Assembly: GCA_016196825.1 (NCBI GenBank)
Contig: JACPWY010000010.1
Coordinates: 233,355 to 297,354, forward strand
DNA from: Deltaproteobacteria bacterium
Lineage (GTDB): Bacteria; Bdellovibrionota; FAC87; UBA2466
Reading direction: 5' to 3'
DNA: 64,000 nucleotides
Shown: in pieces, positions 57,111 through 64,000 of the stretch
Position numbering within the stretch: position 1 is the first letter of the stretch
Layout of the letters: every line of letters begins with the position of its first letter
Made by a program: the position numbers and the translations under genes
The notes under the pieces: generated by a model
Seen by the model: only the letters and a program-made list of their open reading frames with translations
What the model was told of the DNA's origin: nothing
Database searches by the model: none

Positions 57111-57802
57111 GCGGAGGCGCCAAGATTCTCATTGTCGAAGATGAAAAGGATATTGCCGATCTGGTCTCATTGCATCTGAAGAGGCAGGGCTACCAGGTGG
57201 CATCGGTGGCGGATGGCGAAACGGCTGTGGCGAAGCTTGGGGCGGAGCCAATCGATCTTGTGGTGCTCGACTGGATGCTGCCGAATATGTCGGGACTCGA
57301 AGTGGCTAAAGCGATGCGATCTCGGACCGATGGGATCGGGAATACACCCATACTGATGCTGACGGCGCGTTCTCACTCCGCAGATATTGTGCAGGGGCTC
57401 GAGAGCGGTGCGGACGATTTTCTTGTGAAGCCCTTTGAGCTGCCGGTTCTGATGGCAAGGGTGAAAGCCCTCTTGCGTCGAGGGGCGCTCATCAACGGTG
57501 AGTCCTCGTCGGTGCTCCAGGTGGACGAGCTGGAGCTCAACCTCGGGTCGTATGAGGTGAGGTGTTCAGGGAAGCCGGTTCAGTTGACGTTGTCCGAGTT
57601 TCGCCTTCTTTCCGCTTTGATGCGCGGACGGGGTTCCGTCCTGACTCGCGATCGGCTCATTGATCAGGTGCAGGGTGACGACGTGAACGTGATTGAGCGG
57701 ACGATCGACACCCACGTCTTCGGGCTCCGGAAAAAGCTTGGAAAATGTTCTGACGTGATTGAGACCATTCGCGGTGTGGGCTATCGGGTAAGGGTGGAGT
57801 GA
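57107..57802 (+). CDS. phoB: OmpR-family response regulator PhoB
   Basis: Receiver domain (ILIVEDE..., VVLDWMLP) plus a winged-helix output domain (TIRGVGYRV). Operon context. Confidence 0.85.
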   Translation: MSGGAKILIVEDEKDIADLVSLHLKRQGYQVASVADGETAVAKLGAEPIDLVVLDWMLPNMSGLEVAKAMRSRTDGIGNTPILMLTARSHSADIVQGLESGADDFLVKPFELPVLMARVKALLRRGALINGESSSVLQVDELELNLGSYEVRCSGKPVQLTLSEFRLLSALMRGRGSVLTRDRLIDQVQGDDVNVIERTIDTHVFGLRKKLGKCSDVIETIRGVGYRVRVE

Positions 57803-59208
57803 GCTCAACCGAACCCCAATTTCCCCGACGTATCTTCTTTCGTTTTGTCGTTCTTCAAAATAGTCTCCTCCTCATTGCCGTGGCGATCGCTTTTTTTGTC
57901 GTTCGGAACAGGTTTGATCACGCTTTCGGTCAGTTCTTGATGGTTGTGTGCGGTGCCTTTGCTTTGCTCTCCACCTGGCTGAGTTATACGCTTGTCTTTC
58001 CTATTGGCCGTTTGCACTCCAAGACCAAGGCCATGACTCAGGCGACCCCAGAATCCTTTTCAATGGAGGAGGTGACCCGAGACTCTTTTGGAGAGTGGAC
58101 TGAGATTGAGGCGAATCTGAATCAAATCCGGGACGATCTGGAAAAGAAGCGCCGGCGTCTCGACAGGGATCGGGTTGAATTGGCAACCGTCATCGGATCG
58201 CTTTCGGACGCTATTCTGGCCGTTGACCCGAAGGGGGCTCCGCTCTTTTTCAATAGCCGATTTGCGTTGCTCTATGGCGGCAGTACGCAGAGCGAGACCT
58301 GGACTCTGTGGGATCTGATTCGAGAGACGCAGATATTGGATGCGTTCTCCACTGCCCTCAAGGAGGCGCAGGCCTCGGCTACGCGAACGATCGTCTTGGA
58401 CTCGGAGTCGGCGGGAAAGAGATACCTTGCCCTCTCGGTGTCACCACTCAAACGTGTGGATGGCTCGGTCTACGGTGCCGCGGGGATCTTTCACGACATC
58501 ACGGAGTTGAAACTCGCTGAACAGATGCGAATCGATTTTGTGGCCAACGTCTCTCATGAGCTGCGCACTCCTCTGACATCCATTAAAGGTTATGCAGACA
58601 CCCTGGAGCACGACATCCGATCGGGAAAACCGATCGATCATGAGTTCATGGGGGTGATTTCCAAGAATACGAATCGGCTCATGAATTTGATCTCAGACCT
58701 TCTCGATCTCTCTTCCATCGAATCACAGTCCCAAAGTCTCCACCTGGAACAGCTGCCAACCGAGGAGGTTACAAAACGAGTAGTAGGGCAACTGCGGGAA
58801 CGGTTCTCGTCCAAGAACCAGACCGTAGAAACCCATTTCCATTCCCATCAGGTCTATGCGGATCCGGGTCGGCTTGAGCAGATTCTTGTGAATCTCCTCG
58901 ACAATGGGTACAAGTACACCCCGTCGGGAGGTAAGTTGTCAGTGGAGTGGTTGGCCGACGGACGCGACACCATCTTGAAGGTATCTGACACGGGGCCTGG
59001 CATTCCACTCGAGCACCGTTCGCGGTTGTTTGAACGGTTTTACAGAGTGGATAAGGCCCGATCGCGGGAGATGGGCGGTACGGGATTGGGTCTGGCGATC
59101 GTGAAACACATCATGCAGAGACACGAGGGGGCAGTGACCGTTGAGAGTGCGGCCGGGCAGGGCTCAACGTTCATCTGTCGGTTTCCCAATCCGGATCAGC
59201 GTCGATGA
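57799..59208 (+). CDS. phoR: Sensor histidine kinase PhoR
   Basis: Two TM, PAS, H-box SHELRTPLTSI, N/G boxes (DNGYKYTP, GTGLGLAIV). Confidence 0.85.
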   Translation: MSSTEPQFPRRIFFRFVVLQNSLLLIAVAIAFFVVRNRFDHAFGQFLMVVCGAFALLSTWLSYTLVFPIGRLHSKTKAMTQATPESFSMEEVTRDSFGEWTEIEANLNQIRDDLEKKRRRLDRDRVELATVIGSLSDAILAVDPKGAPLFFNSRFALLYGGSTQSETWTLWDLIRETQILDAFSTALKEAQASATRTIVLDSESAGKRYLALSVSPLKRVDGSVYGAAGIFHDITELKLAEQMRIDFVANVSHELRTPLTSIKGYADTLEHDIRSGKPIDHEFMGVISKNTNRLMNLISDLLDLSSIESQSQSLHLEQLPTEEVTKRVVGQLRERFSSKNQTVETHFHSHQVYADPGRLEQILVNLLDNGYKYTPSGGKLSVEWLADGRDTILKVSDTGPGIPLEHRSRLFERFYRVDKARSREMGGTGLGLAIVKHIMQRHEGAVTVESAAGQGSTFICRFPNPDQRR

Positions 59209-59876
59209 CACGGGCTTTCATTCAAATTGCCGGAGCGCTGGATAGGGAAGACGCCCAGACCTTAATCACGGCCGGTGTTGACGAGGTTGCGCTACCGGTG
59301 GGCCCCCATTTGAAAACGCCGGAGTTGAGTGAAGAGACGGCGGCCGAGCTTTTTCATTTCTTGAAGGGACGTGTTTTTTCGAGAGTGATCACATATTCGA
59401 CGAAAGCTCACGAGGTGATCGCGCTCATGAAAAAGTTGGGGACAAGCCGCGTGCAGCTCCATGGCAAGATTTCGGGAGAAGAGGTCAGCGCACTTCGAAG
59501 AGCGGGGGAGTACCACATCATTAAGTCTTTTGCGGTGGGTTTGACTCCAAAGGATGCGCTGCTGGCTCAGGTGAGGGAGTATGCTCCGAATGTCGATGGC
59601 TTTCTCCTCGACACGTATGACCCAGCTGATGGATCGACGGGAGCGACCGGCAAGCTACACGATTGGGAAATTTCAGCCGAAATCGTCAAGATGGCTGGGC
59701 GCCCCGTGATCTTGGCGGGAGGCCTGAATGAGAACAATGTGGAAAGGGCTGTGAGGGTGGTGCGGCCCTACGGCGTCGACGCCCACACTGGCGTGGAATC
59801 CGCAGGTGGTCGAAAGGATTTGTGCAAGGTCGAACTGTTCGTGGAGCGGGCGCGGTTGGCACTGGAGGCACGGTGA
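59205..59876 (+). CDS. Phosphoribosylanthranilate isomerase (TrpF)-like TIM-barrel protein
   Basis: VQLHG, FLLDT...GSTGATGKLHDW, ILAGGLNENNV, GVDAHTGVE. The N-terminal motif is IQIAG rather than KICG. ATGA overlap with the phoR stop. Confidence 0.6.
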   Translation: MTRAFIQIAGALDREDAQTLITAGVDEVALPVGPHLKTPELSEETAAELFHFLKGRVFSRVITYSTKAHEVIALMKKLGTSRVQLHGKISGEEVSALRRAGEYHIIKSFAVGLTPKDALLAQVREYAPNVDGFLLDTYDPADGSTGATGKLHDWEISAEIVKMAGRPVILAGGLNENNVERAVRVVRPYGVDAHTGVESAGGRKDLCKVELFVERARLALEAR

Positions 59877-60751
59877 GAGAAAAGATCGCCAACACCGGTC
59901 TGAAAGCTGTCCTCAATACCTTTTTTCGTCCGCCATTCACGGCCCAGAAGATGCGCCGCCACTTTGATCTTCTTGCTGGAAAAAGCGCGGAGGGCGTGAC
60001 GGCGCGATATCCGGATGTTCGCATCACACGGGCCGATGTGGGTCGGATCCCGGTGGAGTCAACGACAGTTAATGGGAGTCAGCGGACCATCTTGTACCTT
60101 CATGGGGGCGGGTACTTCATGGGATCGATCCTGGCCTATCGTCTCAACGCTGCGAAGATCGCGCGAAGGTGCCGTGCGACGGTGGTTTTGCCTGAGTATC
60201 GCCTGGCGCCAGAGAACCGATTTCCAGCCGCTCTGGAAGACGCGGTGGAGGTTTATCGCGCCTTACTTGAGAAAACCTCCACCCCTCCGATCATTGGCGG
60301 GGACTCGGCGGGGGGAGGGCTGGCGTTAGCGACCATGCTCAAGCTTCTGCAATTAGGGCTCCCCCGACCGACGGCTCTCTTTTGTTTTTCGCCGTGGACC
60401 GATCTTACGCAATCCAATCCCTCTTGGGCGGAGAAACGGGAAGAGATCTGGTTGCGGGTGGAGCACAACGAAATTTGGGCCAGGGAATATGGCGGAGATC
60501 ACGATCTTCGGGATCCACTCATTTCACCGCTATTTGGTGATCTCCATGATTTTCCCAGAACTCTCGTCTTTGTAGGCGAGCTCGAAGCTCTTCACGATGA
60601 TGGCGCGAAGATTGTTGAACGAATTAACGCCGCTGGTGGATCGGCCGAACTTTTCATCGGAAAGAAGATGCAGCATGTTTGGCCTCTCTTTCTACCATTC
60701 CTTCCCGAAAGCCGAAGAGCCATGGACAAGCTCGCCGAGTTTGTCGTCTAA
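59873..60751 (+). CDS. Alpha/beta hydrolase, hormone-sensitive-lipase-type esterase
   Basis: HGGGY oxyanion motif and GDSAGGGLA nucleophile elbow. GTGA overlap with the upstream stop (the ORF is open from 59822). Confidence 0.8.
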   Translation: MREKIANTGLKAVLNTFFRPPFTAQKMRRHFDLLAGKSAEGVTARYPDVRITRADVGRIPVESTTVNGSQRTILYLHGGGYFMGSILAYRLNAAKIARRCRATVVLPEYRLAPENRFPAALEDAVEVYRALLEKTSTPPIIGGDSAGGGLALATMLKLLQLGLPRPTALFCFSPWTDLTQSNPSWAEKREEIWLRVEHNEIWAREYGGDHDLRDPLISPLFGDLHDFPRTLVFVGELEALHDDGAKIVERINAAGGSAELFIGKKMQHVWPLFLPFLPESRRAMDKLAEFVV

Positions 60752-60897
60752 GGGCCCTAAAGAGGCATTCCCAGGCCTGAGACTTGCTTTATGAAAAATG
60801 AGCGAATCGACACAATTCCTCATTAGGACCCTCTTAGAATGAGAACTGGATAGTAACAGTGTAAAACCCTCAAAGTGGTACGTAAGTGGGAGGCGTT

Positions 60898-63021
60898 ATG
60901 AAAACCGTCTATAGAAGACTGTCAGGCTGTTGTCTTGTCTTATCATTAGTCCTTTCCGGGCAGGCTCTCGGTTCAAAGAATCGAAAAAATCGCGTGTGCG
61001 AAACCGCAACCGGCACGGCATCGGTGGAGCGCGGCCAAGGGCGTAAACACGAACGCAACCGAATTGCCGACGGAGTGGACTATCTCAACGACATTCTTGC
61101 GGGCGATCCCATGGCCCATTGGGTGCTTTCACCCATGGCCAAGGCCCAGTTCCGAGAGATGGTCGAAGGGATGGAAGGGCCGTCCTCGGGGATGCCCTCG
61201 GTGAGTGGCGCTGGCAATGTTTCCAATGGCGCCATCGAGCTGAGTGTTGAAGTCTGGATGAAATTCAAGCGTGGCGATCGGCAACAGGGCACCGTGGCGG
61301 CGTTCTACGCCTGCGACAATGCCGGAGTGTGTGGCGGGGCCAAGGCCGTTTTGGAGCTCCAGCCGGGTGGCTTCCTGAAGTGGTCCATCTCAGACAGGGA
61401 TGGCAAGATGTACTCGGTTTCGACGTCCGATTCGCTCGCGGATGGATCGTGGCACCACGTGGTTGCGGTCTATGATCGCGCCAATGCGATAATCTATTAC
61501 GATGGCGAACGCACGGCTAAGGTCGCACGTGCGTTGAAAATGGTCGCGAAGATTCCGGACCTCATTTCGGGTGCGGGTAATCTTGGCTTTTTGAATTCGG
61601 TGGACGCCAACGTCCTTGAGAACGTGAACCATCTGTCGCTCTATGCTCGGGCGCTGAGTCTTGCGGAAATTCGCGCGCATGCCCATCACAAGGCGTGCAA
61701 GCCGAATACACCCGATGATGATAGCGATGGCGATGACACCACAACGCCTCCTCCTCCGATTCCATCCTACATGCTGAGCGTGGGAGTGACCGGGAACGGC
61801 ACGGTGGTTGATGCGGCTGGCGCTATCAACTGCGGCACGATCTGCTCGGCGACCTATGAGGCGGGCGGAACGGTTGTGCTGATGGCTACGCCGGGTTTTG
61901 ACAGCAGCTTTCAGGGTTGGACCGGAGGCACCTGTTCGGGCACCGACACCTGCGCTGTGACGATGGACGCGGCCGCCATGGTGACCGCGAACTTCGCACT
62001 GGTGCCGGCACCCTCGCCCACGGTGATGCCAGATCCCGATCCACAACCGGAACCGACTCCAGCCCCTCAGGTCTTTAGCCTGACGGTGAACGAGAGTGGC
62101 AATGGTGTGGTGAGCGATTCGACAGGCGCGATTAACTGCGGCTCGGCTTGCACTGGATTGTTTGATGATGGCACCACGGTCACCCTGACAGCCACTCCGT
62201 CCGGCACCTCCACCTTCGCGGGTTGGAGCGGCGGATGGTGCAGCGGCACGGGCGATTGCACAGTCACCATGCGCCAATCACTCAGCGTGACGGCCACCTT
62301 CTTGGAGAGTCAATACCCGCTCAACATCATCAATGGTGGTGGCGGGATGGTGAAGTCGAATCCGTCAGGCATCTGGTGTGGTTCGACCTGCAGCGCGATG
62401 TTTCCGACAGGATCGTCGGTGACCCTCACGGCTGAACCCGCTCCAAACGGGTCCTTCTACGGGTGGTCAGGCGGCTGGTGCAGTGGCACGGGTGACTGCA
62501 CGGTGCCGATTGGTCAGCCCATAACGGTGTACGCAGTGTTTCAGAACGCCCTCACGATCTCAAACTCAGGAGGCGGCACGGTGCTCTCTTCACCCTCGGG
62601 CATCGACTGTGGTTCCAGCTGCGTGGCCAAATTTGATCCTAGTGTGAACGTTGTGTTGACCGCGATCCCCGATGCGGGGAACACGTTTCAAAGTTGGGGT
62701 GGTGGTTGGTGCGGTGGAACCGCCGACTGCACTGTCAATATGGACACGTCCAAAACTGTATTCGCGAAATTCCTGTTTCCGAATTATCCCGTCATCGTGT
62801 CGATCGTTGGCGCCGGAACGGTGACCTCGTCGACCGGTATGACCTGTACGACCGGCTGTACTCAGACGGTCGATACGGGGACTACGGTGGTCCTGCAGGC
62901 GACTGCTGACCCGGGTTACACCTTCACGGGTTGGGGCGGTGGCTGGTGCAGCGGCACGGGAACTTGCTCGGTGCCTGTCTACCAGACGACTCAGATCTTC
63001 GCCACGTTCTCGCCGAATTGA
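60898..63021 (+). CDS. Secreted LamG/ConA-like domain protein with five tandem ~80-aa Cys-containing repeats (divergent InlB B-repeat-like)
   Basis: GGGAGG SD + ATG 60898. Signal peptide. LamG-like segment ...IELSVEVWMKF...DGSWHHVVAVYD...IYYDGE... Five repeats from about 61765 share the pattern G.G.V.S..G.I.CG..C...F..G..V.LTA.P....F.GWSGGWCSGTG.CTV. Confidence 0.65.
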   Translation: MKTVYRRLSGCCLVLSLVLSGQALGSKNRKNRVCETATGTASVERGQGRKHERNRIADGVDYLNDILAGDPMAHWVLSPMAKAQFREMVEGMEGPSSGMPSVSGAGNVSNGAIELSVEVWMKFKRGDRQQGTVAAFYACDNAGVCGGAKAVLELQPGGFLKWSISDRDGKMYSVSTSDSLADGSWHHVVAVYDRANAIIYYDGERTAKVARALKMVAKIPDLISGAGNLGFLNSVDANVLENVNHLSLYARALSLAEIRAHAHHKACKPNTPDDDSDGDDTTTPPPPIPSYMLSVGVTGNGTVVDAAGAINCGTICSATYEAGGTVVLMATPGFDSSFQGWTGGTCSGTDTCAVTMDAAAMVTANFALVPAPSPTVMPDPDPQPEPTPAPQVFSLTVNESGNGVVSDSTGAINCGSACTGLFDDGTTVTLTATPSGTSTFAGWSGGWCSGTGDCTVTMRQSLSVTATFLESQYPLNIINGGGGMVKSNPSGIWCGSTCSAMFPTGSSVTLTAEPAPNGSFYGWSGGWCSGTGDCTVPIGQPITVYAVFQNALTISNSGGGTVLSSPSGIDCGSSCVAKFDPSVNVVLTAIPDAGNTFQSWGGGWCGGTADCTVNMDTSKTVFAKFLFPNYPVIVSIVGAGTVTSSTGMTCTTGCTQTVDTGTTVVLQATADPGYTFTGWGGGWCSGTGTCSVPVYQTTQIFATFSPN

Positions 63022-63030
63022 TTAGAGCTC

Positions 63031-63345
63031 TTAGGCGCGACCGAGAGCGATCTGTTCCTCGACCTTAAGAATGCGCCGACCCGCCAGGAACTTGGCGCCG
63101 AACTTGTCGGTGGCCTCTTGGCGGAACGCAGGGGCGAAGTCTTTGAGATACTTTTCAAGAGCCGCCTCTTCCTGGACCTGGTAGCTGATCACCAGGGAAG
63201 GGCGGGGCTGATGGAGTAAAGTGTGAAGGGTTGCCCCGAGGAACCCCGGTACTTTAATAATCTCTCGAATGTGACCATCCAACCAGCGACGATAATCCGT
63301 TTCGATTTCGGGATCGAGCATCACCGTGACTTCGTAAATAATCAT
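63031..63345 (-). CDS. Small DUF4286-like protein
   Basis: ATGA overlap with the SDR stop. MIIYEVTVMLDPEIETDYRRWLDGHIREI... (the ORF is open to 63444). The family call is tentative. Confidence 0.45.
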   Translation of the reverse strand: MIIYEVTVMLDPEIETDYRRWLDGHIREIIKVPGFLGATLHTLLHQPRPSLVISYQVQEEAALEKYLKDFAPAFRQEATDKFGAKFLAGRRILKVEEQIALGRA

Positions 63346-64000
63346 GTCTTTTCTTTTCTGTGGAAGAGGGTCGTCGAGGCCTGATCGGTGGGGTAGATCA
63401 CGATCTCCTGAATATTGACGTGGGCCGGCCGCTCGGCGGTCCAAACAACCGTTTCTGCAATGTCGTTCGTCGTCAGCACCCGGAAATTCTTATAGACGCT
63501 TGCGGCTCTTTCTTGATCCCCCTTGAAACGAACGAGGCTGAACTCCGTCTCCACCATCCCCGGCGAAATTTCACTGACGCGCACTCCGGTTCCGTGCAGG
63601 TCCAGCCGCATCCCTTCGGTGAGAGCGCTCACGGCTCGTTTGGTGGCGCAGTAGACATTGCCTTTCGGATAAACCCACCGGCTGGCGACCGAGCCGATGT
63701 TGATGACGTGGCCCTCTCCGCGCCGAGCAAAGTGGGGGAGGAATCCGTGGGTGACGTAGAGCAGCCCCTTGAGGTTGGTGTCGACCGTCAGATCCCAGTC
63801 GTCGAGACTCCCCGATTGGATCGGGTCAAGACCTTGGGTTAACCCTGCATTATTTACGAGAATAGTCACACGGGTAATGTCGCTTTGGTTGTCCTGGAAA
63901 AACTTCTCGACCGTCTTTCGGTCGATGACGTCGAGGCAGGAGGTTTTTACCTCGATGGCGAACCTTGTTTTCAGCTCCTGGGCTAGTTCTTGGAGGCGTT
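63342..64000 (-). CDS. Short-chain dehydrogenase/reductase (YdfG-like); N-terminus beyond window end
   Basis: LVNNAG and the catalytic YCATKRAV (YxxxK). My translation of 63870-64000 stays open (...RLQELAQELKTRFAIEVKTSCLDVIDRKTVEKFF...), so the true start lies outside the window. Confidence 0.8.
   Translation of the reverse strand, partial: RLQELAQELKTRFAIEVKTSCLDVIDRKTVEKFFQDNQSDITRVTILVNNAGLTQGLDPIQSGSLDDWDLTVDTNLKGLLYVTHGFLPHFARRGEGHVINIGSVASRWVYPKGNVYCATKRAVSALTEGMRLDLHGTGVRVSEISPGMVETEFSLVRFKGDQERAASVYKNFRVLTTNDIAETVVWTAERPAHVNIQEIVIYPTDQASTTLFHRKEKT

Noticed and set aside
61390-62277. 295-aa minus-strand ORF
   Set aside because: It is antisense to the LamG/repeat protein gene. It is Arg/Ala/Gly-rich with no motif.

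Overview
Chromosomal segment of a moderately GC-rich Gram-negative bacterium. It is almost fully coding, with about 60 genes. All family calls come from motif recognition in the supplied translations and my own reading of the DNA; no database search was possible. The gene content is compatible with a Bdellovibrionota/Oligoflexia-like or other delta-type lineage, but that is only a guess.

Layout:
(1) 1-9500, minus strand: a tightly overlapping type II secretion operon, gspC-D-E-F-G-H-I-J-K. gspK runs off the window.
(2) 9.7-22.5 kb: DUF309 protein, CDF metal exporter, GT2, ankyrin-repeat lipoprotein, SGNH hydrolase and tRNA-Lys(CUU). These are followed by a secreted glycan-active set: GH26, a Pro/His/Tyr-rich secreted protein, a GH13 branching-enzyme-like protein, a fungal-type GH15 glucoamylase and a GT39-type membrane glycosyltransferase.
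(3) 22.8-27.6 kb: a co-directional array of vWA protein / Zn-ribbon-Ser/Thr-kinase-FHA / RF1-family release-factor paralog that keeps GGQ but lacks the PxT decoding motif / lipoprotein. This is the most unusual gene set in the window.
(4) xylFGH-like sugar ABC importer, then pilW(pilF)-rodZ.
(5) An AbiEii/AbiEi-type toxin-antitoxin pair in toxin-first order, with a palindromic operator-like site.
(6) A tight operon: UPRT-like / membrane-anchored Mrr-like nuclease-fold protein / def / stand-alone AceE-type E1.
(7) dnaQ-like exonuclease, then aceB-aceA (glyoxylate shunt) translationally coupled to an orphan ABC-2 permease.
(8) GDPD, queG, MFS and a second GT39-like protein.
(9) Phosphate block: sixA-like and ppk1, divergent from pstS-C-A-B-phoU-phoB-phoR, followed by TrpF-like and esterase genes.
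(10) A LamG + 5x tandem-repeat secreted protein, a small DUF4286-like protein, and an SDR that runs off the window.

Non-genic highlight: a family of palindromic intergenic elements with AGAGCC...GGCTCT termini and an inner TTCGTAG motif at 43.9, 53.4 and 55.5 kb. A 14-nt string at 63.0 kb equals the joined flanks of the 55.5 kb copy.

No rRNA, CRISPR array, transposase or integrase was recognised.
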